36,578 nucleotides of DNA, from assembly GCF_001186125.1 (NCBI RefSeq), contig NW_014040475.1:14771-51348 (forward strand), in the 5' to 3' direction. This DNA comes from Sphaeroforma arctica JP610 (taxonomy: Eukaryota). Position 1 is the first letter of the stretch, and the number at the start of each line of letters is the position of its first letter. The notes under the pieces are model-generated. The model had not been told where the DNA came from, searched no databases, and saw only the letters and a list, made by a program, of their open reading frames with translations. The translations under genes and the position numbers were made by a program. Below are positions 1 to 11,539 of this stretch, piece after piece.

Positions 1-507
1 CTAAACAAGCAAGAATAGCCAAGGACTACACGAAGTACAGCCAATTCGAGCAGAATCACCAAAACATGTGCATGGATTTAGAAAGAAATAATCAAGATTA
101 CAGTTGAGTACATACTTTATTCCTATGAGGGCTTGAGATGTGATCACATCGAAGCACACACCCGAGGCATCAATCTTAAAACCGTAATTTCTTATGGGCT
201 GTAAGACTAGTTAATAAGCAGGAATGGTCAAAAATTACAGGAATAAAACAGAACATGCGATTAGCATGACACCTGATTTAACAGAAATTTAAAGAAGGAC
301 ATACCAAGGGCCCATAAATTGGACAGTGAAGACAAAAGAAAAAGAAAGTGTGCAACAGACTAAAGATGTCAGTAACTAAAATAACATTGAAAGACAAAAA
401 ATTGCACATCGTAATCAAGGGATAAAAAAAGTACTAAGGCTAACTGAATAGACAAAACGGCCACACAGGCAGACAACGCAAACAATATAACCGCAAACTA
501 AGACAGC

Positions 508-531
508 GGGTTTTAGGGTTTTAGGGTTTAG
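508..531 (+). repeat. Telomere-like tract GGG(TTTTAGGG)2TTTAG
   Basis: Read directly; same unit order as the tract at 6583-6619. Confidence 0.7.
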
Positions 532-1051
532 TTGCAACAGCGAGAAACAGCCACACAAGTACACAAATCCTAGTGCACACATACGATCTTGCTAAGAGAC
601 AGAGTGAGACCTTGAAAGGGTGGTAATAGGACCGAGCATGTAAGGGTCACATACCACAACCGTATATACACATACACATTTAGCAAGTTGCTAAAACACA
701 CAGTTTCGAACTTCACGGGTGACGTCATAAAAGCGAACATCCAGTGAAAATCGCATATGAGAAAATATTTCCACATATGACAGAATAGGCACAAGTATTC
801 CCACACGTGACTAAATAAGCTTAACAACAAACACCAAACATACCTTTACAAACACAGGAAGGAACGCAACAAGCCACCGCGCAACACGGGACGGTGAACA
901 CTCCCCACGGAAGTGCAGCAAAGCGTGATAACAACAAAGGTACGTAAAATAAATCGAATTTTTATTGATCTTTACAGAAGTTACCAGCGTAGACAAGGCA
1001 GGTGAAGCGCTCATTCGCAGTAAATATAGCACAAGTTTTTACTGATAACCA

Positions 1052-2498
1052 GTGAAACACACACACCAACACAGTCAACTCAAAAGGCCATTTTCAACTA
1101 GAGCAGGCGTGTGTGGTGGTGCCGGGGGTGGCACAGGCGCAGATGGTGCTGGTGACAGACCAGTATGGGGGACAAACCCAGTCAGTGGTTCAAGCCAACC
1201 ACCACCGGGTGGAGTGCCCATACAGACTGTAGCATCTAGGGACCAGATTATCAAAGAGCCTATCCAAATCCCAAATCCCAGAATAATCAATTACTGAGTT
1301 TTGGAATTAGGATTGGAATATTTCTGATATTGGAGTCATCAGAAATACTAGCGGTAGAACCGGTAAGATATACCGGGACTCTTGCGTGTGAGAGAAACAC
1401 TCAAGTAAATCCTGAGTCTAGGGAAAACACAAATAAAAACTCAGTTCGGTTATCTCAGACTGTGGAATTTTCCTAGCTGAGATAACCGTACTTGAGAAGA
1501 GATCTATTGTATCCTATTGTCAAGTACCTTTCAGCTACTCTCCATACTCTACAAGGCATCAGCCATGCGTCTAGAAATAAACAAAAGCATTTGTCAAAGT
1601 ACGTTTGTAGCCAAATTAGAACAAACGGCACCAGTAAACATTGCGAGTCTACACAAGATGAGAGTAGGTATTCGCGACGAACGTCGCATGCCAAATGTAG
1701 ACGCAGAACTTAGAGATAAGATCAAGCTATCAATAAGAGCGGCGACGATGAGGAGGATGGATTATTCAAAACAGTCAGTAGATTAGCGAGCTAGAGCTCA
1801 TGTATTCCCGCTTAAGTGATAGGATTAATGAACCTGCACTATCGAAACTACTTAAGACCTCAAATTTCCAAAGTTACCAAGAGACAGTTACTTCAAAATG
1901 GAGAATTGTGAAGACAATATAGAGTTTACTACGCAATGCAGAGACCAATTCTTAGTCAAATCTATGCCACTATATCAGAATCCCGCGCTAGTGAGATATC
2001 TATTAGATTCCACTGGCGCAACTGAGAAGACCAAGGGGTTACTCAATGAGATACAAGAGTCAGAAACGCAAATCACAAAGCACTACACTAAACCAGATCA
2101 ATTTAATATGATTATTATTGATAGAGTCAGACATCAGCCAGTAGACTTATCTGTTAATGAAGTTTCTCAACGACATGGAGAACAAGGCACTGAATGTAGA
2201 GGTACGCACAGGGAGGTTGCATAGAACAATGCAAGTGTTAGAGGAGCGTTACCGAAACACGGACAAAGAGCCCATACACACGCAAATCCTCAAAGTAGCA
2301 AGATATCAGCCACTCCTGTATTATGGACAGCAGGAGAAAGTGGACGCCATCACTAAAGTGGACAAACTGCCTGATGAAAGTGACGTGCACATATTAGATA
2401 AACCATTCTCTTACTGAAGCAACCATAAGAGCAGCAGCCAAGGTAGAGGCAGATTGCATGCACAGAGAGCGCAAGAGATACAAATCTTACGCGGCCAC
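1052..2498 (+). pseudogene. gag: Gypsy B2 gag, frameshifted, interrupted by a solo LTR and cut at 2498 by a family C LTR
   Basis: Homology to the B1 gag; multiple stops and frameshifts. Confidence 0.75.
1228..1553 (+). mobile_element. Solo LTR, Gypsy family B
   Basis: TGTAGCATC...CTCTACA ends; similar to the LTR at 25360-25692; flanks AGAC/AGGC may be a degenerate 4-bp TSD. Confidence 0.85.
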
Positions 2499-2604
2499 TG
2501 TAGTCAAATACGCAAAGATACCAAGTATCTCAACGTACTCCCCTCTTACAAGGGGTATTTTGTACTTTTATTGAATAACAAAGAACCATTGTTTCTATTA
2601 TTTG

Positions 2605-4129
2605 TGTTGGAACATATATTTGCTAAAGAAGTAAGTTTACTATCATATTACATATTAGCTATATAGTATAATAACTGCCATGTGCCTTTTTAAGATACTA
2701 TTTTTAATTATTCGGCCAAAATATAAGCCGTAATATATTTTGGCCTTATAGCGTTTTGAGGGTTTGAGTCTTATATATTCGTCTTAACGCCCTGGAAGCG
2801 AAAGGACAGTGTGTATACGTAGTTGTATATGTGTTGAGTGCTCTACTAGGGTAGTGGTAACAACATGTAGGCTTGCTCTCCTCAGACTGCATTGAGGCTG
2901 GAATAATTGTAAAAGGAAGAGTAAAAAGGGGGTGGCGGGGCGACGGGCTGGGGCTTCATAGGGTGGTGGCAGCGAATCGGATAAATATCAGAGGGTTCGT
3001 GGTGGCGGCTGGAGCCGAAAACGCTGGGGGGGGGAGGGGGCGAGCGTGAGCTGGGAAGACGACAGAGAAGGGGGAGGAGTCTAAGTGATGGTCGACCAGT
3101 CGGGGTTTGTGCACGTTGTATGTGTATGTGTAGAGACACGTTGGTGTAGCGATTTTACGGCTTAAGGGGGGGGTCCGGAGAGTATGTAGGGCAGGTGTCT
3201 AGATGGGTAGGAGGGCAGATAGAGCCAGGAGGGAGGTGGATGGATCAAGGCAGGACGGATTGCGGTGAACATCGATCGGGTGGAACTCTCTTGACGATAT
3301 AGGATGCATAGCGAAGGTAGCATACGCGGTAGAGTGTGTTGGTAATGTGTGTATGGTTGTTGTCGGGCGTGTGAGCTAGTGCTGCAACAAGCGACGGTTG
3401 ATAAGGGTATGGGGATGGCGGTGAGTGTGATATGTGTATGTTAAAAATACGGTTGAGGTCAGATTGTGCATCGGTGGTGGCTTTCTGATAGTTGTTGCGG
3501 TCGGTGATAGCGGTGATTGCATCAAGTTCTGAGAATGCGGCATGTGCGCCTAAGTATATGGCGGTGTCGTTGACGTGAGGGTTGTCGTTGGTGTGAAGAA
3601 CGGCAGAGAGGATGGTGCGGACAAGTTGAATGAGGTTGTTGGCGTGGGAGATATTGCTGTATGGCTGGAGTGTTGGGAAGATATCGCGTTGAATGCGTTG
3701 GGCGCTATCGAAGGAGGAGAATGTAGTGGTGGGGATTTGGCTCGTGGGTGGAGGGACTCGCATGGTGATAGTGAATCAGAGACCAGAATGTCGATCAGAA
3801 GATCAGGTGGTGAGATCAGAGATCAGAATGTCAATCAAAGGATCAAGGGTGGGGAGATCAGAAGGCAGAAGCTCGGGTGGAAATCTAAGAGATATATATA
3901 GGGTATATATAAAGAAATATATTCGATATAGGCCCGTAACCTGTTGGAACATATTTTAGCTAAAAAAAAGTATGTTTATTATCATATTACATATTGGCTA
4001 TATAATAAAATAACTGCCGTGTGCCTTTTTTAAGATATTTTTACAATTATTCGGCCAAAATATAAGCCGTATTATATTTTGGGCCTTATAGGGTCTTTAG
4101 GGTTTGAGTCTTATAAATTCGTCTCAACA
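2605..4129 (-). mobile_element. 1.5-kb non-autonomous Copia-like/TRIM-like element with two LTRs
   Basis: LTRs 2605-2789 and 3942-4129 (TGTTGGAAC...AACA/AACG); perfect 5-bp TSD ATTTG (2600-2604, 4130-4134); minus-strand PBS GGTTACGGGCCTAT at 3928-3941 resembles the copia half-tRNAiMet PBS GGTTATGGGCCC. Confidence 0.85.
3245..3763 (-). CDS. 172-aa ORF of unknown function in the sense strand of the small Copia-like element (possible divergent gag N-terminus)
   Basis: ATG-initiated, about 165 nt downstream of the PBS in element orientation; no recognisable motif. Confidence 0.4.
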   Translation of the reverse strand: MRVPPPTSQIPTTTFSSFDSAQRIQRDIFPTLQPYSNISHANNLIQLVRTILSAVLHTNDNPHVNDTAIYLGAHAAFSELDAITAITDRNNYQKATTDAQSDLNRIFNIHISHSPPSPYPYQPSLVAALAHTPDNNHTHITNTLYRVCYLRYASYIVKRVPPDRCSPQSVLP

Positions 4130-4329
4130 ATTTGACATGTGTATAAATGACATAAACCCTTAACTGGGTTTATGTCATTTCTCAAAATAGACCTTAAATT
4201 ACCTAAATAACCTGCATTCACCCTCAGAGAGCTACAGCATTGTCTGATATTTAACCTCAGAAAGTTAGAGGGCTCGATTATTGATAACCACGCGAGCAAG
4301 GTCGGTAAGGTATAAGAAAGAAAAAATAA

Positions 4330-4450
4330 TAAAAATAATAACAATACATAACCATGATTGTTGCACCGCTTCTCGTCGGCGCTTGCGGGAGCGTGTTTGT
4401 GTATCCTTATGGTATGCTACGATGTCATTAGCCTCGTCAAACGCCTCTGC
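4330..4450 (-). mobile_element. Gypsy C chromodomain end and 3' UTR fragment
   Basis: Reverse complement of about 33120-33240 (AEAxDxANDIVAYHKDTQTRSRKRRREAV). Confidence 0.85.
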
Positions 4451-5440
4451 CGTTCATGTCGAATATGGGTGAGGTCAGATTGTGCATCGGTGGTGGCTTT
4501 GTGATAGTTGTTGCGGTAGGTGATAGCGGTGTTTGCATCGTTCTGAGAATGCGTACTTAAGTGTTTCTCTCACACGCGGGAGTCCCGGTATAGCTTACCG
4601 CTTCTACCGGTAATATTTCTGATAACTCTAATATCAGAAATATTCTAATCCTAATTCCAAAACTCAGTAATTGATTATTCTGGGTTTCGGGGTTTGGATT
4701 GGCTTTTTGTTATTCTGGTCCCTAGATGCTACAGCCCCCCCAACTTTATACTTCTGAGCCTGCGTAGGAGTCGAAAGTGACATCTTACAGTACTAGATTA
4801 TCTAGAGGTTGGTGTTTGTATACAGGAAATAATTGTCCCTTAGGGAGCATAAGATGAAAAAGCTGCCACCAATATATATTACATATTACCGATTAATTAA
4901 ATTTATACTATAACAGGAGTCCTCTACCACGCTCATCGTCGTCAGTCTTGACCGGTGCTCTCGATTGATCTCAACTTGGCGTAGGAAAACGCATCTCAAC
5001 GGTGGCTCTACAGCCGAATCTCTGGTCCTTGTCCCTCTGGTATGTGGGGGGATCATGCTTCTAGGCGAGAAAAGTGGGAGTGTCCTGTGGTGTCAGTGAG
5101 ACTTGCTTAGGTCCCCCGCTTCGTGCGCTGTCTGTGGCTCGCTGATTTTTCATCAGTGCTCGTCGTCGCTGGCTTCTTTGGCCTTGACTGCCTTCTTTTA
5201 CGTCTACGGCGTTGACGGTATGTTGTAATGACAGCAGTATCTGCGATGTCTGATTCATGCGTCCAGGTACGCTCACCATCTGTCCATTGCAGTAGGTCCT
5301 CTTGTGATCCATCACCTCGGATGGATGGCCTGTCGTCGACTATCGAAGAGAACTGAGTCTCTTCGTTTGGTTGAGCGTGATTGTTGGAAGTAAATGCTTC
5401 CGGAGCACTAGCCCTTTTTACGAGGCCAAGTAGCTCATCA

Positions 5441-6213
5441 TGTAATAGACGGGCCTCTACATTAGACTCTATATTATAACCGTACTCTTAAGCAGTACGT
5501 ATATTAAAAACGTACTCTTATTAGTACAAGGAACTTAAGTTTCCTAAATAGTTTTTAATGGTTTTATTTATTAATACCTTATCCATTTTTCATATCAGAT
5601 ATTTGGACGAGGCCATTAAAAGGCCCCAGTAAAATACCAAACATAAGATTTGGTCTATTTCTATGAATAGAACTATATTTACTTTCCAAATCTATTTATA
5701 TCTGAATACTTCGGTAGCGAGATGGCTCAACCGAATATAGGTTTCTAGGGACTATTAAAGTTACCTAGTTTATCCTCCGATCAGCCAACCAGATGTGCCA
5801 GTCTGATGAAGGCTAAGTCGGTAATTCTTGATAAGTGGCAAGTTATTGGTTAATGCAATAACTAAGGACATCAAGAGTATTTTTCTTTGTTCTTTTATTT
5901 TATATTTTTCTAAAGATAGGATTTTATGAGTCTCTCGGATTCGCTCCAACGAAACATATCATATTTTCTAATAAAGCGATAACGAAACACTAAATACAAT
6001 CCCTTCGGCGAAAACAGTACTGAGAGGATTATATATATTCAATGTCTCAGCCTCACAATCCCTCAGAGTATTGCAGTTTTCACGAGGCATACCTAACTTT
6101 ACTAAAAGTCTCATTTCGTTTATTTACTTTGAAATTTTCACGATACTTAGAATTTACCTACGCGTTTATTTACTCTAAGGCGTTAATATCGCCTTGATAG
6201 ACCTAATCTTACA
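5441..6213 (+). mobile_element. Solo LTR, Gypsy family A, inserted in the B2 integrase C-terminal region
   Basis: TGTAA...TTACA; matches 10749-11539; TSD ATCA (5437-5440, 6214-6217). Removing it restores PEYPDSITDELLGLVKRAS (B1: PEYPNSVNDELIGLVKKAS). Confidence 0.92.
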
Positions 6214-6582
6214 ATCAGTGATCGAGTCAGGATATTCGGGGGCTTTAGTTCCATCAAGGTTACAGACAAAATACCCGTTGCCCTCCCTGCATACTATTTT
6301 GTATGGTTCGCCATTTGGTGCTGTTAACTTGTTCATTTCACCTTGATAGCGAACCATGACAAGGTCCCCTTCCTGGAAGTTTACATACTTCTTTTGGTAT
6401 TTTCGATCGTATGCTGCGCGCATCTTTTCTTGATACTGTGCAACATTAATATCTAATTGTGACCTGATGGCTTCTTCTAGATTTTTCTGTCGCTCTTCCC
6501 AAAATACTGTTGTACTGGGCGCGGTCACTGGCTCATTGTAGTCCGTGAGTTGATTCTGTCTGCGACCAAGGTACACATTAAA

Positions 6583-6619
6583 GGGGGGGGGTTTTAGGGT
6601 TTTAGGGTTTAGGGTTTTA
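6583..6619 (+). repeat. Telomere-like tract G9(TTTTAGGG)2TTTAGGGTTTTA at the integrase deletion junction
   Basis: Read directly; absent from the B1 copy. Confidence 0.75.
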
Positions 6620-6620
6620 A

Positions 6621-7040
6621 GTATGGAGACTTAGCTCCTATCTTTGCTACTAATGTGACGCCCCATGGGGTCTTGCCACAAGCCTTCTTGCCTTCTTTGA
6701 GGAAAGTATTGTTTGTGTTTTCTACTAGCATCGGGTCTTCTTCTAGTAAGGACAAGAACTTTCGAAACCACGATTTATTGGGGTAGTAGGGTAGACATAT
6801 TGTGATGCTGGTTGCCTCGTCAATGACTTTGTCAGGACATCAGGTATGAGTTCCCCTGGTGGATTCGCCCATGCATTCCCTTCCTGCGCCCACTTTTGTT
6901 ATAGCGCATCCTGTTCTTTGGTGTAGTATTTATCTGTGTGTGCATTGTGTGCCGATTCAAACAGATCTACTGTGAACTTCCCAAACCGTCGTTCCGCTTC
7001 TTGGTAGAATCTGGGATGTAACATCCAGTCTATAGCTGAT
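6621..7040 (-). pseudogene. Dam-like N6-adenine methyltransferase domain, B2 copy (inactivated)
   Basis: DWMLHPRFYQEAERRFGKFTVDLFESAHNAHTDKYYTKEQDAL*QKWAQEGNAWANPPG...PWGVTLVAKIG; in-frame stop and NPPW changed to NPPG. Confidence 0.8.
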
Positions 7041-7737
7041 ATGGTTATGGGCATGTTCGTTTCCAATATGGTGTACTCTTGGCTATTATGTGTTGCCTCA
7101 TTCGCCATATGTAATACCTTTAACTCTTTAATACTGAAAGTATCTTCATGGAGAGGCGACAACATGTCTGCCATCTGGTTGTCCTTGCCTGGGACATGTA
7201 TGACGGAGAAATGGTGGTGGAACGTTTCTGCTATTCATTTGGCTAGCATTGGGTATAACGTCTGTCGACTGTTCATTTGCATAAACACTTTATGATCCGT
7301 TCACAGTGTTATGTCCCCCCCCTTTGATGTATTCGGAGAAATGTTCCAGGCTGTATACCAGTGCTAGTAGCTCTTTGGTATTTGTGCCATAGCGTTGTTG
7401 TGCTGGATTCAAGCCTTTTGAGAAGTAAAGAATGTCTCTTCTAATCCATCGATGACTTGAAATAAACACCCTCCTATGCCATAGTCACTAGCATCATTCA
7501 TTATTTGAAACGGTACCCTATCGACAGGGTATGCTAACGTCGCTGAACAGGCGATGGCTTCCTTGAGTTCTTCCCACTTATTTATTAGTTCCGGAGTCCA
7601 TAACATGGATATGTTCTGGTTCGTTTTTCCTTTCATTAGGTTCCGAAAGTGTTTCGTTGTGTGAGCAAAGTTAGGGGCATGGTCTCGCATGTTGTTTGCT
7701 AGTCCCACTGCTTTGCCTTTTTGTGTAGCATCCAAGG

Positions 7738-9309
7738 TAACAACTTATTAGGTCCGACACGCTAACAACTTATCAGGTCACTCTACTCTCGAGCTACCAA
7801 CCTATACTACTCCAACCCGGCCAGCCAGCCAGCCAGTTAGCTCAGCCAGCCCAGCTCAGCCCAGCCCAGCTCAGCTCAGCCCAGCTCAGCTCAGCTCAGC
7901 CCAGCCCAGCCCAGCCCAGCTCAGCCCAGCCCAGCCGAGGCAGATAGCCCTAATCCCTGAGCCCCTAAGTCCTGAGCCCTGAGCTCTGAGCCCTGAGCTC
8001 TGAGCCCTGAGCCCTGGGTCCGCCTACTTTGTAGAGAGCCTCAGAGTCTACTGTCTCTCGGTGTCTCCGACTCTTCCGCTTCGACAGCATCGATTACTCT
8101 ATCTTGAATTTTCGTCGCCTGGAGTATTTTTGGTCCCGTCGACCCGTAGCAAGCTGAGCAGCCCTGCACCATTTTTTTTTCTCCTGGACCAATCATCAAT
8201 CGAGATATGTTTATTTATGTTTATTTATTTTTTGCGCGAAAAACAATTCGTCGTTTTTTGACTTGCTAGAATTTTGGGATTTTTTTTTTTGGCTCCTTTT
8301 GTAGAAAAAATTGCATCCCGATTTTTTGAGATATTCGTCACCAGTCTTCGTAGCTTCAGCAGCTAGCGAATTTACGACATCGACCAAACAACAACAAATA
8401 CGACACTGCTATGCCACAACGCAGACGGGAGTTGTCCCCCAGCACCCAAGCCACAGTCGACACTCGACACTCGACACCGCTTCTGAAAGCAAATGTTTTT
8501 CAAGAAAATCTCATGAGTAAATTTACCTGCGACATTGTGATGCCTGTCCCCGTACAGAAGATTATCCACGCCCTGTCGTGAAGCCTGTCACTATACAGGA
8601 GATTGTCTACTCTTCAGAAAGTCAACGTTTTCGGCAATTTCATCGAGTCAACAGTCCCAACGAGTCAACGTTTTCATCAATTTTCATCGAGTCTATACTC
8701 AACAGCTCCAATTCGTCAACGTTTTCGACAAATATCCATCTGTTTGTTCAACGTTTTTCGCCCAACCCAACTACAGAAGTGTCAGAGTTAACAATTTCAC
8801 AATCTAGGTTTTCAGCCTTCAGCTTTCAGCCCTTGATTGTAAAATTGAAGGGGAGTGAGAGACTGCAATAGTAGACGTATTTCTATATACGTTAATAACG
8901 TTTTACGTCGTCAGCCCGAGAGTAATTTGGGACTTGTTCTCAAATTAATAAGTATAGGTGGGTCAGCCCGAGAGAACGTAATAGTAATTTGAGACTCCTT
9001 CTCAGATTGTTCTATTTATAGAATACGGGCCACCGGCTAGCCGAGAGCCGAGGTCCGAGACTTAGTGTAGTAACAGAGAATATGATATATTTATTTCTAG
9101 AAAATATATCCGAGTGCTAAAGTGTTCTGCATTAGGTTTCTCAAACTGATCATTTGAGTTTTTACCCTGGCCAACCCAAGTGGTTGAACACTAGTACAAA
9201 CACCATCAGTATATAACTGAGGGTGAGATCATAAATAAATTCATTCGAATGCACCATACTTTAAATACACTAGCACTTTACTATTAGTCCCCCACACCGC
9301 ACGCTAACA
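7738..9309 (+). mobile_element. Non-autonomous Copia-like element inserted in the B1 5' LTR (own 5' LTR almost absent; 3' LTR 8856-9309)
   Basis: TSD CAAGG (7733-7737, 9310-9314); PBS-like ACTTAT[T/C]AGGTC twice; PPT ATTGAAGGGGAG (8844-8855); LTR TGAGAG...TAACA; no coding domains. Confidence 0.8.
7816..8016 (+). repeat. Microsatellite blocks (GCCCA/GCTCA)n followed by (GAGCCCT/GAGCTCT)n
   Basis: Read directly. Confidence 0.9.
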
Positions 9310-10748
9310 CAAGGGCCAGATTATCAGAAAAGTCAATCCTAAACCCTAAACCCAGGATTATCAAATACTGAGTTTCAGATCTAGGATCCAATATTTCTGA
9401 TGATAGAGTGATCAGAAATATAGCGGGATTACCGGTAGATGATACCGGACTCCCGCGTGTGAGAGAAACACTTAAGCAAATAGTGAGTCTAGGGTAAAAA
9501 ATACTAAACACAAATAAAGACTCAATGCGAGTCCTTCAGCCTGGGACTTTATATAGCTGTAGGATTTGCACTTGAGAAGAGGTCTATTGTTTCTTCTGGT
9601 CGTATCTTATAAGCTACTTTCAAACTCTACATTTTTAACAATATCCTTACTGCGGAAAGTCATATAAAACATTAACTTGTTATAAGCACCCCAAGCAAGG
9701 TGGATAGTAAGCCGTAAAAGAAAAATAGATACACGTTATAGAACACTATTCAGAAACGAGCTTTTGTATAAAATCAAGATAGAACAAGACTGCTATGGAC
9801 AAGAATAGAGGAACAAGAAGAAACATATACTCAAGGCAAGGACAAAGAAGAGCTGGGGAAGCTTCTCTCAGAAGAATTGCCAAAGAAAAGGTACGCAATA
9901 TAGTCCACGAGTCCGCTTTGTTAATAACAAGGTAAGCTAAACCGGATACTACCCAGAGGTAAGAAAGTCTAGGTGTGCCCGTGTAAATTCGGCGTGAAAA
10001 GTGTTACTGTGATATATCATCAATGTTGGGGTACTGGAAATCGGAAAAACTATCACAAGTGATAACTCAGCAAAAGAAGACACTCTAGGAAGATACAAAA
10101 AACAATTCCGCAAAGGTAGGAGTATGTTCAAAGGTAATGTGTAAGTTTAAACCAGTTAAAGTCATACAAGACCAACAACCATTACCTACACAAGTAAAGA
10201 ACACAAACCAAACACCAATACATCACCGACAAGAACATGCACATCACAAATGAAGGGCAAGCACATTATGAGCAAGAGGTAAAGGCACTAAACACAGAGA
10301 TACAAGATACAGGTGTAACATCAGTAGGACACTAAAAGTGTTAAAGTGTTAAGAACAAAACAATACCTACATGCTTAAAAAAACAGAGGATTGGGGCTGT
10401 GTACGCAGGCACTAGCAACAAGAACATCACACGTTGACGTGCACAGACAAAATCACATAAGTAAATGAAATCAAATCACCCACAAATAAAATATAAACTT
10501 GAAATCGCACAAGGAATATTACGCACAACAAAGCTGGGCAGAATAATAACTAAAACACTAATTAGCCAAACAGTTAAGAACTTCCCAACAATACATTTAT
10601 AGCACAAGCAGATCAGATCCGCATAATTGATCACAATCACTACAGACTGATAGCGACTGAGGCTAGTAAAAACGATGGCTAGTAGTTAAAACAAAGTAAG
10701 TACAAGAAAATCTGAGAACAAAGAGAACGTGGTAAACATAAGTGATAC

Positions 10749-11539
10749 TGTAATAAGCCGGGCCTCCACAATAGACTCTATGCATAAACGTACTCTTAAG
10801 CAGTACGAGGAACTTAAGTTTCCTAAATGTACTCTTAATAGTACGAGGAACTTAAGTCTCCTAAATGTGCTCTTAATAGCACGAAGAACTTAAGTTTCCT
10901 AAAATGGTTTTAATGGTTTTATTAATTAAATCTTTTCTATTTAACATATCAGATATTTGGATGAGGCCATTAAAAGGCCTCAGTAAAATACCAAACATAA
11001 AAGAGTTGGTCTAGTTCTATTAATAGAGCTTGATTTAATTTCCAATTTTATTTATATCTGAATACTTCGGTAGCGAGATGGCTCAACCGAATATAGGTTT
11101 CTAGGGACTATTAACGTTACCTAGTTGATCCTCCGATAAGCCAACCAGATGTGCCAGTCTGATGAAGGCTGAGTTGGTAATTCTTGATAGTGGCAAGTTA
11201 TTGGTTAAGACAATAACTAAAAACGTCAAGAGTATTTTTATTTTTATTTCTTTTTTCTAAAGATAGGGTTTTATGAGTCTCTCGGATTCGCCCCAGAATA
11301 GAGCGACAACGAAACACTAAATAAAATCCCTTCGGCGGAAACAGTACTGAGAGGATTTTATATAGGCAATGTCTCAGCCTCACAATCCCTCAGAGTATTG
11401 CTGTTTTCACGAGGCAAACCTAACTTTATTAAACGTCTCATTTCGTTTATTTATATCGATATTTACACGATATAGAATTTACCTACGCGTTTATTTATTC
11501 TAAGGCATTAGTATCGCCTTTATTAGACCGAATCTTACA
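10749..11539 (+). repeat. Family A 5' LTR with three ~38-bp palindromic tandem units (10789-10905) and a TATA-like TTTATATA near 11357
   Basis: TGTAA...TTACA; matches the solo LTR at 5441-6213. Confidence 0.9.

Larger units (their letters stand above)
1..2498 (+). mobile_element. Gypsy family B (subfamily B2) remnant: A-rich 5' leader and decayed gag
   Basis: ORF pieces 1517-1786, 1898-2224 and 2157-2417 align with the gag at 19055-20348 (NVEVRTGRLHRTM vs NVEVRAARLCRTM; IIIDRVRHQPVD vs LIIDNLRRTPVD). Leader 73-357 is repeated in inverted orientation at about 33243-33542. Confidence 0.8.
2499..4236 (-). mobile_element. Gypsy family C 3' LTR, split by a small Copia-like element
   Basis: 2499-2604 and 4130-~4236 are reverse-complement matches to the LTR at 26655-26864; right boundary approximate. 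Confidence 0.75.
4555..7723 (-). mobile_element. pol: Gypsy B2 3' half: RT end, RNase H, MTase, integrase C-terminus with core deleted, chromodomain, 3' UTR, PPT and truncated 3' LTR
   Basis: ORFs 7409-7735 (NDASDYGIGG), 6899-7174 and 6175-6576 match B1 pol; PPT (reverse complement AAGTTGGGGGGC, 4734-4745) abuts LTR TGTAGCATC at 4733. Confidence 0.9.

Noticed and set aside
570..1032. Hydrophobic minus-strand ORFs as env-like membrane proteins (also 18182-18382, 33655-34102)
   Set aside because: They are antisense readings of A-rich leaders, which produce Phe/Leu/Val/Cys-rich translations; no conservation seen.
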